Shown: positions 1 to 13,891 of the stretch, one piece after another | How positions within the stretch are numbered: position 1 is the stretch's first letter | Layout: each line of letters starts with the position of its first letter | Assembly (NCBI GenBank): GCA_964016885.1 | Contig: OZ024740.1 | Location: forward strand, 340,814,001 to 340,878,000 | Direction of reading: 5' to 3' | Source of the DNA: Eledone cirrhosa | Taxonomy: Eukaryota | Length of the DNA: 64,000 bases | Notes under the pieces: generated by a model | What the model saw: only the letters and a program-made list of their open reading frames with translations | What the model was told of the DNA's origin: nothing | Database searches by the model: none | Position numbers and translations under genes: made by a program

Positions 1-173
1 TGGAATGATAAGGACCTCAGTTCCTATCATCTCATTTCTACAGCTGAGTAAACTGGAGCAATGTGAAATAAAGTGTCTTGCTCAAGGAAACAACACATCA
101 CCCGGTCTGAGAATTGAACTCACAACCTTTCGATTGCAAGGCCAATGCTCTAACCACTAAGCCATGTGCCTCC
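1..173 (-). mobile_element. SINE family A (tRNA head + CORE-like domain), cut by the window edge
   Basis: Near-identical to the heads of the copies at 31457-31802 and 52365-52714; A box TGGCTTAGTGG and B box GAGTTCAATTC on the minus strand. Confidence 0.9.
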
Positions 174-958
174 ATTTATATATATATATTTATTTGAGGC
201 TGATTGAAGCTCTATGGTAAAAGCCAAGTGGCAGTTGATCGGTTAATATGTCAATAATGTGTTATATTCTCTATAGTAGTAGAGTGTTAAGGAACATTTT
301 ATAAATTTATAACCACCAGAGAGAAGGGAGTAAATAAAACATTTAAAAGTCAATAGCTTAAAATATGTTTCAATAAAAGAAAAAAAAATATTCAAACTGA
401 CATATAATTTAGTAGGCAAAATGTAAGATCAATCCACAATGATGAAAATCAAAAACTGAATTCATACAAAACAATTTGAATAGTTAAATTTGAATTAGTC
501 CTGGTGGCTAGAAATAACAAATACCAGTTAATATATTCTTAAAGAATAGTTTTTCTTGGGTGATTAGGTACAAAAGTCTAACATTTTAATGACGGAGGTG
601 ATGGAAAGTTATAACACTTATGCTTTTCTCAAGAACATTAATGAGATAGGTACAAACATGGCTTTATAACTACACGGTTCTAGGTTTGATACCATTGGGC
701 AGCACCTTGGGCAAAAGTCTTTTACTATATCTTTTCTGAATGTGTGTGCTTGTGTCTGCTTATGTGTTTAGATATTCAACACATTACTGGCTAAAAAAAC
801 AAAGTCATGTCAAAAAGATAACTTATCCAATTGATTGATAAAATAAGCATTAGAGATTGATATAACCAATTAAAAGTCCTTCTAGGTGGTGCCCCAGTAG
901 TGTCACAGCCCAATGATTGAAACTAGTAAAAGAATAGCATAAATGAAATGTAATGACT

Positions 959-1192
959 TTAGCTCTTTTAATACCAAACTGCCTGAAATTGCTCCTGGCT
1001 CTCCGATTTAAGGTGTTTATATTCATCTAAAAACCTTGTCATAATTTTATGCAAGAACCTTTGTTAAGTTATGTTCCTAATACCAGCTTTGTAATGAGAA
1101 AGTTTGTTATGTTACCGAATCACTCAAAATTCTCAATTATTTGAAAATTATAGGCAGTGTCTTTCATTAAAATATGGTAATGAAAAGGTTAA
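959..1192. mobile_element. TTAA-flanked ~240-bp MITE copy
   Basis: Ends TGGTAATGAAAAGGTTAA; body similar to 53155-53410 in reverse orientation. Confidence 0.65.
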
Positions 1193-1499
1193 ATTGAAAC
1201 TGCACAGAACTTACTTATTGATACATGGCATAGATCACTATTAAATATATTGAATTGTATGAAATTATTTACCACCCAATCAACATTATTTAAGAATATC
1301 TACAATTTGTTTATTTTTCTATAAACTGAAAAAATTGAAGGGAATTATTTGTTTTAACTTTCCTATATATCAAGTAATAATGAAATATAAATAACCATCT
1401 AAGATAAGTCTTGTGACCAGATGGTAAGAATGTGTGATATGGAGAGAGCAAAAGGATACAGCTTTAATAAAATCAGCACAATTGAACTTCCATTTTTTA

Positions 1500-1523
1500 A
1501 ATATATATATGTGTGTGTGTGTG

Positions 1524-1556
<33 letters not shown>

Positions 1557-1558
1557 AT

Positions 1559-1607
<49 letters not shown>
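1500..1607. repeat. Compound (TA)/(TG)/(CA) microsatellite
   Basis: Directly visible; source of the spurious YIYI/VCVC ORFs. Confidence 0.95.
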
Positions 1608-1610
<3 letters not shown>

Positions 1611-1709
1611 GAATAATCGAGTATCGAAAAATCGGCGCACGAGTTCACGATAAACAAAATTCGACATAGGGTTGTATATGGAAGCATATACAGTATATTT
1701 ATGTATAAT

Positions 1710-1895
1710 TGTTTCTACTTTAGGCACAAGGCCAGCAATTACCCAGTGCATTACTGGTACTTTATTTTATCGACCCCGTAAGGATGAAAGGTAAAGTCAA
1801 CCTCGGCGGGATTTGAACTCAGATCGTAAAGGGACGTAACTATGCTGGAAAGCATGGCATCCGACCCTCTACCGATACTGCCAATCCACCGCCCT
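1710..1895 (-). mobile_element. SINE family B with 16-bp TSD
   Basis: B box GAGTTCAAATCCC and central CCTTTCATCCTTACGGGGTCGATAAAATAAAGTACCAG; TSD TATATTTATGTATAAT at 1694-1709 and 1896-1911. Confidence 0.9.
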
Positions 1896-4800
1896 TATAT
1901 TTATGTATAATAACATCCTCTTAATCTTGCTATATCATTTTTTAATAAGCTGTGAATATATCACAGCTAGATCATGGCCGGCTCAAATTAATAAACAGTA
2001 GTAGCACTACCTGCTTATACATACATATTATATATATTCAAAGTCTCTAAGTTACCTTCTATAATAGATATGTTCCATTAAGCAATGTAGACAGACACAT
2101 TGCTATTGACTAGAACCATTCCTATCATTTTCTCAAATGGCATGCAGAGATATATTTCTAAAAAAAAATGTCAGAAACTATTTTATATCAGAATATCAGA
2201 TTAGTAATGTTAATTCACACACATTATTTCATGTTATATAAAAGAATTATAATTCTCTAACCTAGTTATCCGTAGTTGCAGGATAAGACAAAATTTGCCA
2301 TTACAAAGTTGATCAACTTTTTCAAATTCCGTTTCATTTTTTTCTGTATAAAATATTAAACAGAAATTGTATTTTTTCTAAAAGAGTTCTTTAAATAATT
2401 AGACTAAAATAAAACTAACAATAGAGAAATTTAATAGATAACATAAAAAAAAAACAAAAAAAACAAAAAAAAACTTTTACAATATAATATATTAGTAGTA
2501 TCTTAAGTGCTTGTAAATTTATAATGGTTCTTGTTGAAAGCACTTCGTTCCAGCAGATTTTCATTGAGAGTTAATAGTTAAAATGTAAAACACATCTAAG
2601 TGAAGTATAAGGTAGCAGTTTATTTTTTTATTTTATTTCGGAAATACTTCAAATACACCCAAATATAACTGAAATAACTATTTAGAAATTGAAGAGAATA
2701 ACGTAATATGAATTGTAATTAGACAATCAAATATGCTTTCTAATATAATTCAGCAAATTCCCACCATACAGTGGCGCAGCAAAGATTCTCAGTGCCAGGG
2801 GGGTAAACAGACTTTTGGAACACCCCCCTCACTTAATTAACAGATATGATAGGCCAGAGGAAGTGTTGAACCTACGCTCCTACTACATCCCTGCCATCAA
2901 ATAAACGATGTAAAATAAATGAACAAAAAAGATTGGCCATATTTTTTGGTGATTATGTAATATCATAAAAATACATTACTGAGAATTGAATGCATTTAGA
3001 CAAGAAACGATACAAAAAACAAAACAAGAGCAAAAAAAAAAAGAATAAAAAACTATGTTCCTTCCTGAAAGGTTGGCTAATTCTCCTACAAACTTTAAAA
3101 CAAATGCAACAATATTTGAGGTATTTCTTAAAATCTTTTTGGGGCAATATCTTAAAATATCTTCCAGGATTTTAATTCAAATGAAATTAAATTTGATATC
3201 TATCAAATGGGTTTATAAAATTTTGAAATGATTTCATATTGTTCATCTCAATCTCTGCCTAAATAATTCATAGTGTTTTCTTTTAGAGAGCAGACATTAA
3301 CACTTTGAAGTTGTTGGCCCAGTATTTCAGTCCTGATTATGTTTGACTATATGCTGTCATCCCAGTATTCTGTTCAGTTATGTACTTCTGTTTACAACTG
3401 TGATTTACACTGCTTTCTGCATGAATCAGGGTTTGTTTTATATCACTACTTGAGCCTGAGTTGGTGAATAACCCCCCTCCCTCCAGCCAGAAAATTAAAT
3501 TTTGCTAATCTATCTTGGGCAAAATTTAATTTTAAGTGGTAGCATTCCTACGACAATTAATTTTCTTTAGACATTAAAACAAAGATTTCAAGAAATCTCA
3601 TACGTTAAAAAATAAATAGGATGGGTTGGGGGTCTCAATATGTAAACTAAATGACTAATTCTGTTTTTTTTTAAAATACCCAACGGAGTCAACCTAGAAA
3701 AATTATCATGCACCCCCACTATTATTTGGAACACGAACCAACGATTTGGATAGATCCGTGTCGCTTCCCCTTTGATGGTGTAACAGAAAATGAGAAATGC
3801 ACATAGTGCATACCAACGTCACTCCTTATATATGTGCGAATGCACAACCATCAACATTTCCAGAGAACTTTACAAAAAAAACCTACTTTGAAAATCGGTG
3901 GGAACTTTCTATGCAACCCAATACTAATTTTTAATATATCACAATATATTGCATAATGTCTTTGTTCCCACTGCCACCCCATCACCTATTTATACACTTT
4001 TACATGTGTCTTTGTAACTATTTTTTGTAACACACTGTTGACCTCGGTGGCAAACTAAAAGAAAGGATTATTATTGTTATTTATATAAAGCAGTATAACA
4101 CAATGTAAACGAATACTAATGGTCAGTTTGAGGCAAGAAATATCTGTACAGAATGTTTGTTTCTTGTTGATATAATGATCCCCTTGCATACAAACTTAGC
4201 TTTTCGGCAGATGAACCAATATAGATCAGTATGAAAAGGATAATCTGAAAGAAAGACAAAGTATGCATTGTTTAGATTGCACCAAATCATGAATGAGAAC
4301 CAAACTCAGGTTTTAGATCCATCTGTTTCTTCTGGGGATTATTACTGCAAAATACTTTTTGTGCAACACCAAATATATTTATTTGTATATTGTTTTTAAC
4401 TAATAGTTTAATTCTCAACATCCTTTAATGATTTAGCAGGAAACACCTTTTGGTGTTTTAACTTGTGGACAGATTGTGAAAATTTGCAGATTAGGGTATA
4501 GGCTTTAATTTTTAATTTGATAGTGTCATTTTGTACTTTTTAAAAATGTTTTTCTAATGTGGTCTCATGTGGAATAGATACAAAGTGAACATGACAAGGT
4601 TCCATTTGTGCTACACACACAAACATCACTTCCAGAAGAAAATAGTCTAATTCATTGGCAAAAACTCACTCACCAAGAAACTTTCTCAGGCTCACAGATC
4701 TGCTATTTTCTGTCTATTATACTGCTACAACAACCTCTTCTGTTCTAAATTAACTAGTTATATACCTCTTTTATGTCCTGACCCATCCTAAACATGCTCT

Positions 4801-6659
4801 CTACTCACTTCATCGTTCCTCATCAAGGCCACAGGTTACTTACTACGATCAATCCTTCTTCCCTAGTACATGGTAATTTTTCTACAAATGTCAACTGAAC
4901 AGACACTGCATCAACCCCAGTCTTGGAGAGTTGTGCCAAGGCTGTGAACATTGCCCCTTCTCCAAACTAAACCATTAAAAAAAGTGAGACTTCACATTTA
5001 TATTCCCTTCTTACATAACTGTGTGGTTAAAAATTTTGTTTCACAACCCCATGGTTTCAGGTTTGATTCCACTACTATATTGCCCCAAGTAAACCAATCC
5101 CTTGTGAGTGAATTTGGTACATGGAAACTGTAAGGAAGAAGGTTCATTTTATATGTGTGTGAGTGGTCAGTTGATGCATCCCCTCAATACAAATGATGGC
5201 ATTTGTTTGTGCCCCTCATAAACAATATCTTGAAGCTTAGTAGTTCAACAAACGCCAGTGATATATGCTAATCTTAAGAAATATTAAAGATGGGTTGACA
5301 TCAGGAAGGTATCCAATCAGAGTCAAAACTGCCTAAAAAGGTCTTGTCCTATCCATGCCAGCAAAAATGAGTGAATGTAACATACCATTCAGGCAGGGGT
5401 GTAAAGTCTGCTGCTCTCTCCCTCTTCCCTTTGTTACTTAATTTCTTTTTTCTTTTCGTTTTCTTCTCTTTCTTTTTCATTTCCCCTATTGTCATTTATA
5501 TCGTACAGTTTTTGTCTCATTTTCTCTTTAGTTTAATAAATTCTTATAGATATTATTTTATTTTACTGGTCAATCATATTGACCCTAATACTTATATTTT
5601 ACAAGTTTGGTACTTATTTTATCAATATCTTTTTATTGAAATGCTAAATTACAGAACATAAACAAAGATATGGGATGCATATACATATATGATGGGCTTC
5701 TGCAGTTTCCATCTACCAAATTTCACTCACAAGGCACTGGCTAACATGAAACCATATGGTTGCAAAGCAAACTCATTAACCACCCAACCATATATAAACA
5801 TTTTCACAAATACATTTAAAAAATATAAACATGTTTACTATTAAATCTAGTTTACAAAGTTTTAAAAGAGAACTGAAAAAAAAAATAAAATTCAAGATAA
5901 TTTGTTGAAGTAACTTGGCTATAAATTAATGATATAAGGTATTTTACCAGTTTTGGTAACACTATGGTGAATATTGAATTTTGTTGACATTCAACAAATT
6001 TTAATTGGTTTCGGATGACAAACATCCGTATTGTTACTCATTGTTCAAAATTGTCTCATGGCAATTCATCACCTCTGTATGTAATAGGTCCACATAAACA
6101 TAATAAAAAAAAACATCCAGTTCATAAATTTACAAAAAGATAAAGTCTGTCCCAATTCTAGATGGTCATCAGGCAGGAACTTATCCTGATTTCAATGGTG
6201 TTAACTGGCTGAGAGTTCAAGATTCTGGATGTAATACTAGACCATCACAGCTTTAACCCAGTTGAATGGAGCAATATGAAGTGAAGTGTTTTGCTCAAGA
6301 ATACATACTGCTCAGTCAAAGAATTGAACCTACGGCATTGCAATTGGAAGCCCAACACCCTAACCACTAAGATATGTGCCTTCTATTCATAAAGTAATCC
6401 AATACTTTTTCTTAAACGCACCATCTCACAAAAGACAATGGCAACTCCAAATAATATAATTTCTTACACATACATAAGGCCAGAAATTTTGGGAGAGGGA
6501 ACAGTTGATTATACTAACCCCCCATATTTGACTGGTACTTACTTTTATCAACCCTGGAAGAATGAAAGGTAGAGTTGACCATAGTGGGATTTGAACTCAG
6601 AACATAAAAAGCTGGAACAAACATCATGAGGTATTTTGCCTGCGGCTCTACTAATTCCG

Positions 6660-7540
6660 TCTTCTTTGTCCACTTATTCCCTATGAGGGTTGTGGGGACA
6701 GAGTCCTCAAGCACACCCAAAAATGGGTCCTGGGAAAAGGAACTGTCTCCAATAGATCTGGCTGGATCTCCAAGCAAGAACAGTCGAGTTCATGGATGTT
6801 ATCCAACCACTTTGATCAAGGTCTACCACCAGATCTCCTGACGGTTGGTTTTTGCCTATAAAATCTTTCCAGTGATTCTTTGCTGAGACATTCTGACCAG
6901 ATGTCTAGTATCTGAGCTGTGATTTCTTGATTTAGAGAAGTAGCAGCTCTACCTAGAGTGACTCCCTGATCTCTGAGCTATGCACTTTATCAAGTAACAT
7001 TACTCCAGAAACCTTTCAGAGAAACCCTATTTCAGCCACTTTTATTTGCAACTGTATTTGTTTGGTTATTACCCAACATTCATGACCATAGGAATGAGTT
7101 GGCACAATGCTACTGTAATTCTTGCATTTATTTCAGTCCCTGCTTTCCATCATTTGTGAAAATGGCCCTGAGATATTTGAACTTCACCTGCTTCAATGGA
7201 ATTCTACTTGCATGTAGAGTGCACTGCGTAGGTTTCCTTGAGGAATGTCTCAGTCTTCGTAACACTGATTTTCATTCCTGCTATGCAGCATTCGTCAGCA
7301 AACCTATCAAGTGCATGTCGGAAATCATCTTCTGATGGGTTAAGTAGTACCATGTTGTCTGCAAATTCCAGCCAACTAATCCCAACACCCACCAGTCCTA
7401 ATACCATTTCCAACCTGGCTGCACATGTCAATCCTGTTCATGAAGATTATGTACAGGAGAGGCGTCAGTATGCACCCTTGGAAAGAGTCCGTCATGCACA
7501 CTGAATGGTTTTGACTTAGCGCCATTTATCAAAACATAAA
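6660..7540 (-). mobile_element. RTE-clade LINE reverse transcriptase fragment
   Basis: ORF remnants LEFADNMVLL (YADD box) and SEDDFRHALDRFADECCIAGMKISVTKTE; frameshifted. Confidence 0.85.
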
Positions 7541-8500
7541 TGCTAGGGAATTTATATAGAAACTTCAGAAGCTGTCCATACTACTGATTCTGACAAACAA
7601 CAAAATATTGACCACCAGGAGTTGAAACACAAATGAAAATATGAATACATGAATACATATAGTTCAAGAATGAACTTTTTTTTTATCATAGGTTTGCTTG
7701 ATCAAGATTGACTGGTCAACAAAGACAACAGTTGAAAATCATATAACATGATCCTTATTCCTGTACTACTGTAAACTTCCCCAAAATATTCAAACCTCAT
7801 GTTGGAATACAATATTTTATTGAAGCAAATTCAGTTACATGTGGTCAAATGTTGATGGGTGAAATTAAGATTAAATGCTGAAATTTTGTTTGCTATTTTG
7901 ACGACCCCCCCCCCCCCCCCACTCTCTATTATACATTAGAATAGGGTAACTGTTACTTGTATAGTATTTTAAATAATTGCTTATTTTGTTCTCTATTCTA
8001 TTATATGCAATAAATGATGGGTATGAATGAAATATGCTTGCTATTTCCATCTACAGAATTTTATTCAAATAATGATGGTGAGCCACCATATACAGTTTTA
8101 ACTCTAAACATCATGTACATAGTAAAAACAACATAAACATGAATTAACAAACCCATTTTTAGATATTTTCTTCTGAATCATTATAAAATGTTATTTTTTA
8201 TATTTGATGACCTACTCTATTTCCTATTTCTCACACACTCACTTTATTCAACTAAATAAATTACTACTGTAGACTTACTCCCTAGCGTGGTCTTATTTAA
8301 TTATTACAAAAACAACAAGTTGGCAACAAAGATTCACCACTCTGCTGACAACACTAAGATATAGTTTAATAAACACTTAAATCTTGATAATACTGAAGAC
8401 ATAAATGCATGGTTAATATCATTTAACTCCGTACTGCTTATAGATAACATTAAGCCTGAACTGGTTAAGACAAAATTCCTTGCATTATATAACACTGAAG

Positions 8501-8713
8501 GGCGGTGGATTGGCAGTATCGGAAGAGAGTTGGACACCATGCTTTGCAGCATAGAGTTACAGCCCTTTATGGTCGGAGTTCAAATCCTGCCGAGGTTAAC
8601 TTTGCCTTTCATCCTTACATGGTCGATAAAATAAAGTACCAATAACGTACTGGGGTCGATTTAATCGACTTTCCCCTCCCCAAAATTACTGGCCTTGTGC
8701 CTATATAAGAAAT
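8501..8713 (+). mobile_element. SINE family B with 18-bp TSD, nested in gypsy gag
   Basis: Same family as 1710-1895; TSD CATTATATAACACTGAAG at 8483-8500 and 8714-8731. Confidence 0.9.
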
Positions 8714-9121
8714 CATTATATAACACTGAAGCAATCATCAAAAGGAAAGATGTACTATATCCTTCAACAATTCAAGATGATTCATTTAAAAAATCTCATA
8801 CAGAGAAACAGCTAATGATTTTATAAAAGGATCAATGTGCATTCTTCTTTTATGTAAATTCACTGCAATCAAAGATGACAAAGAAGCAGAGCTTATAAAA
8901 TTGGTTTATATTAATGGAATCAATTGTTCTCAGACAAAAATACAGATAATCAATTGTTTAAGAACTTTGCCTAAAACACCGCTTTCAGGCCTGGTTAGTC
9001 TTGTAATGGTGCAGTCAGGGCATGCATTTACCCTTGCCAAGAACAAAGCCAGGTTAAAAATTGCAGAAAATGTAGATCATTAATTTCTTTTAGTTCCTGT
9101 CCATTATATGGGAAGAAATGC

Positions 9122-9291
9122 TTAACTCTTAACATTTTGTAATGATTAAGCAGAAAAAATATATTTAATTCAAATGTTTACAGCATTTTTACTAGTTGAC
9201 AGATATATGTTGCTGTCATAATGCAGTTTTGTACTTTTTCAAGAATGTCTTGCTTATGCAGTTTGATGTGGTACAGGACATTAAGAGTTAA
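9122..9291. mobile_element. piggyBac-like TTAA MITE nested in the gypsy gag knuckle
   Basis: TTAACTCTTAA...TTAAGAGTTAA ends; homologous to 57083-57298; precise removal restores the CCHC motif. Confidence 0.85.
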
Positions 9292-12200
9292 ATTGTGATA
9301 AATAGGGTCATTTCAGAAACAAATTCTGCAGATCAAGCCCATAATGTTAATGTCAAAAGTGGGAATCCTAAATAGTCTGATGAAGAAGAAGTAGCTTTCC
9401 ATATTAATCATGCAATAAATGATATTTTACATCTGGTTAATATAAATTGTATAGACACTCAATTAAATACAACTGAGTAGTGATGTAGCGTCCATCTTGT
9501 TTCGATGTTGACAAAAATCAGGACTTCAGTTTTGTTGGAGTTAATCAGTTCAGATATTCTGAAAAGTATGCCAGGTTACTACGATACCAATAAAAGATTA
9601 TAATACTAAAATTTCAATATTGAATATAGTTAAAAACAAAATTTGTTCAGTATAGTACAACTAAAAATGACAATCATAGAATAATGGAAATATAACTATG
9701 TCCATATGAAGGTGTCAATATTACGCCACCAATTATTTGGGTACAAAAGAAAAATGGTAAATTAAGGATGTGTGATGATTATGAAGTACATTCAAATAAC
9801 AAGGGTCAAAGTTTTTCTCATCCAGCTCCTCATCTTGTAACCATCATCACTGATATGCAAGGAGTAAAGTCCTTCTCCACCAACTGATTTAGAGAGTGCA
9901 TTCTAGATGGTTGGTTTAGATGAAGACTAATAGATTGCATGTAACAGTAACAGTATTTACTTAGTCAATAGACATCAGATAGATCTAAAAAAACAAAAAA
10001 TAGTAGCTCCATTTTCCAACATCATACTAGCATAATTATCTATCAGGATGACTCACTCATCTTACAGCAATCCAGAATAAATTGGATAATTTAGAAAATA
10101 CAATTATTGCTAGAGTGAAAAGAGCCAATGTATCAATTAATCCAAATAAATGCATTATTCACACATTGTCCATAGATTTCCTAGGAATGACTATTTCAAA
10201 AAATGGGATCAAAACATCATACAGATTCACCAGATTCCTAAAATGAAAGACAGGAGACATATTTAGGAGCTGATAAACTATCCTTGTTGGTTAATACCAA
10301 AATTTGAAGACATAGTTGAGCTTCTTGTATTAGAAAGCAATGCATGAAGAATGCGTCAAGAACAGGCCCTTAAGAAGACGAGAACTTACACAATATCCAG
10401 GTTTGGCAACACTCTCTACAGAGTATGAAACATCTCTAACTGTTAATGCATCTGAATTTGCAGTAGCAGAAATAATATCTTGAAACGAAAAACTCCTAGT
10501 ATATGTTAGTCATACATTTGATAGTACTCAGAAAAATTGGAACAATCGAAGTAGCAGGGTGTTTTAAAAAATAGAGATTTCCTATTTGGGGAAATTTTTC
10601 ACACTGGAGATTAATCATAGGCCTTTGTAATTCATTTTCTTAATCTTGATTGTTTCCAGGCAAACATCTCAGCAGATTGCCATGTGGGCTCTCATATTAT
10701 TACAATATTTCAAAATAAGCCCCATGAATGCTGTTAATAGACTCAAGTATGATGCCGATCAGTTTGATATAGTGTTGTTTACACAATTTACAACACATAC
10801 ATAAGTATTGGATGCCTAGGCTTGTGCTTAGTGATCTAATCCTGCTAGAAATACTGAAGAATTTGTCAGTTCTTGTAATATAAGTGCTAAAAGACCCACT
10901 CTCTCTCATGTATTCCTTTCATTCACTAGCCTCATATAGTAACACTTCCATTTCTGTGCCAGTGAGGGCAAGTGTGCTGTTACCATTCCATACATGTTTC
11001 TTTCCAATGAAATCTTGATTCTCTCTGAACATGAGCAAACCTCTTAATTTTGGCTTCTTTGCTTGGTAACTATACTTGACATCTAGCTTTTCTAGCTACC
11101 AGATATTGCACTACACTGCATTTTCTTACTTTTTTTTTCCATCACACATCATCATCTTTTTGAAACCTTATTCTAGCCACAAATCTGGTTTTGTTGCTCA
11201 CACAAGATTATCTTGTGCCTCAAAATCTATCTAAGCACTTACCCTTAAGTCACTGAGCACTAATTTATGTTGAGTGGCACATTCATCACAGGGAAGGTCT
11301 TAGTGTTCATGACTAGTTGTTTGTCTTGCTTCCTTCTGGCTATGTAGTTTATTTGGTGTGCATGCTTGAATGATTTATAATTTATCTAAAGAAAACCTTT
11401 GCGTCTATTTTCACTTGTTTTAAATGATACAACAATTTGATGAAGATCAGAGTTCATTGCATTCAGCTTTGCCTACCACAATATTACTATAGCTACAAAG
11501 AAAAAACATCCTTGCCACCATGCCAATGATGAGTCTCTGTATAGTCAGTCGACATGTGAGAAATAGCAGCTAAATTTCTCTCAAATAACATGGTTATGGC
11601 TGGAATACATTTAATCATAGATCTGGTTTTTGACAAGACTGGGGGGCTAAATAACATCCTTGCCAAACAAAGGTAGCAGAGTGATATTTATGATCAAGTT
11701 AGTTAACAACCAGACATGTCCTGTATATAATAATAGATAATTGGCATGAGCTCATAGACACATGATCTATAGGCAATTTCAATATTCTTTCTATATATCA
11801 GACACACTCAACTGATTGCAAACCATGGCTAAATAGCTTTTTAACTCTATCTAATGCCAAATCAACATTTTTTAAAGAAAATTACCCATAATTTTATCTT
11901 AGAACATACTTTTTTAAAAAAATCTTTACTGTCTTTTATCACTGATACTCAGATCAACATCAATCATACTTTCCACAGAAACATGTGGAAAGGTGGAGTT
12001 TTGGTGAAGGATTTCATCAAATAAAAAAATTGCACGAGAAAGCTATTCCAATCTGATTAGATGTTCCCTGGGACAAGATAAGATATTCAGGAGGTAGGAC
12101 ATAACAAAAGTGCATAGACAATGTTTCAGAATATTTCTGTGTGAAAGTAGTTACCTTGAAATTGGAACAGGCCACCTGTTCCAATTCCTCTATCACTGAA

Positions 12201-12802
12201 AATCCAAACAAATAAGACACTGAGCAACTTAGTGGTAAAATCCATACTATTAGTAGTAATAATGGTTTCTAACCCTGAAAAAAAGAGGGAAAGGTAGAAG
12301 TGTAGTTGATGGAATCAATGCTAGGACATTAGTACTTATTCTCCTGTCTCTAGAAGAATGAAAGACAAAGTTAATTTTAATCAAAGAATAGAGAAATTAA
12401 ATTAAATACCATAAGACACTTCCCAGTCTTCGATAATATGATGGCATTGATGACAACAATGAAAGAGGTACTACATACATAAGCATGAAGTCTCATCCCT
12501 CTACAATGCTTTCTCATTGTCATAGTCTCTTTATGTGTGTAAATACATTTTTGTCTATGGTAGAATGGATGTAATCATTCTTGAACATTTTGACATTTTA
12601 ATATTATTCAAGCAAATCTTTTTATAGTTGGTTACACTTTTTACTACCAACCTCTCAACTGTAAAACAGAAGAAGTAGCAACTTCTGTTAGCTAAGCAAA
12701 TTTAGGGATGTTATATACCTTAGCTAGGGCACTCTGTAATAATAATAGCAAGGTTTGAAGTCATCACTCTGGGACCAATTTTATAAAAGGAATTAATTTG
12801 AT

Positions 12803-13256
12803 TGATCATCATCAGAGTTTTACATCTATTTTCATGCTTACATGAGTTAGATGGGTTGTCACATTCTAAGTCAGATGACTATCTTGCTCATATATTTCAT
12901 TTTGGCATGGTTTCTATGGCAACCACTTCATGGCATGTACCACCAACAGGCTGGGCTGGCTGCATTTCATTGTGGGCTCACCACCACCACTTTACAGTGT
13001 AGGACAGATACATTTTATTGTGGTACCGGCACTACCATTTTACAGGGTGGGATGGGTGTAATCGATCATGACACCAACACTTCCAATTTGCAATTTGGAC
13101 AGAGTTCATTTTGTTGTGCATACAGCACAACCACATTTCAACACTAGGGCACTTGTATTCTCAGTCTGGCTGGAAAGACAGTGATAGGGAGCAGGAGTGT
13201 AAGCTGTCTGTTGCTTGCTAATGGAGGGAGGGGTAGACTCAGACAAATTGAGGTAA
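12803..13256 (-). mobile_element. RTE 3'-UTR/SINE-like fragment flanked by a ~93-bp duplication
   Basis: CATCATC tail remnant and CATGAGTTAGATGGG RTE-tail motif; duplicated flank at 12710-12802 and 13257-13922 (the second copy split by the LTR). Confidence 0.6.
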
Positions 13257-13323
13257 GTTATATACTTTAGCTAGAGCACAATGTAATAACAATAGTAAGG
13301 TTTGAAGTCATCACCATGTGATC

Positions 13324-13891
13324 AGTGGTTTTACAAGACTTTAGCAGTATTAGTTATTGAGTAGTCGCCACTTTAGCAGGGTGGTAGAATCAGTGGTCGT
13401 TAGTTGCCAGTGTGGTAAGTGATAGTATCCTTGTTGGATTATCTTGTTGACATAGACGTGAGGGAAGGTCCCTCGATCTATTTACCATCTATTTACAATA
13501 TTCCTTTCGTCAGGTCGCCAATTCCAGCAGCATGGATTAAAGATGTCATTGAGACACGAGTAACATAACAACGACTTCAACCGCAGTAATTAGAGATGAA
13601 ATGTTTGTTTATTTATATGGTTGAAGTTACAGATAAAAAGAGGTTACAAAAGGGAATGTGCCATTGTGCCATTAAGCCGGCGAGGCTAGGGGTGCAATAT
13701 CTCACTGCTACATTATGCGTGTTGCTGGCTTGAAGTTTCCGGTACAAGAGAGAGATTCTTCAAATGTTCGCGGGGAATTTCTTCCTCAGGGCGCGTAGGG
13801 ATACATCCTCTTCTACTGGCGCTGATTGGCTGAACTGAGCCAAATCACGCACAGAGAATGTATGTGAGCCCGCGGAATGTAGGTCACTACA
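13324..13891 (-). mobile_element. Solo LTR (~570 bp)
   Basis: GC/CpG-rich island; minus strand starts TGTAGTG and ends ACCACT (near-ACA); CCAAT at ~13825 and AATAAA at ~13610 on minus; degenerate 5-bp TSD TGATC/AGACC; interrupts one copy of a 93-bp duplication. Confidence 0.7.

Larger units (their letters stand above)
8321..10780 (+). mobile_element. Decayed Ty3/gypsy LTR retrotransposon (gag, RT, RNase H remnants)
   Basis: PBS-like TGGCAACAAAGAT at 8321; gag-like AWLISFNSVLLIDNIKPELVKTKFLALYNTEA; zinc knuckle CPLYGKKCLNCDK*GHFRNKFC after removing the MITE; RT PPIIWVQKKNGKLRMCDDY (~9725-9782), DLESAF, YQDD (~10041), SINPNKC, DFLG; RNase H LTVNASEFAVA and FTLEINHRPL; many stops and frameshifts. 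Confidence 0.88.

Noticed and set aside
1370-1751. Overlapping ORFs rich in YI/VC/HT
   Set aside because: These are translations of dinucleotide microsatellites; the same applies to ORFs at 23670-23977, 37230-38391, 40325-40576 and 51470-52847.
2769-2893. Possible MITE with CAGTGGCG(C/T)AG-type TIRs
   Set aside because: The right end is too degenerate, and there is no second copy in the window.
9377-9400. Other CTGATGA occurrences (9377, 36957, 37841, 44392) as hammerheads
   Set aside because: No paired stem II followed by GAAA, and no stems I or III.
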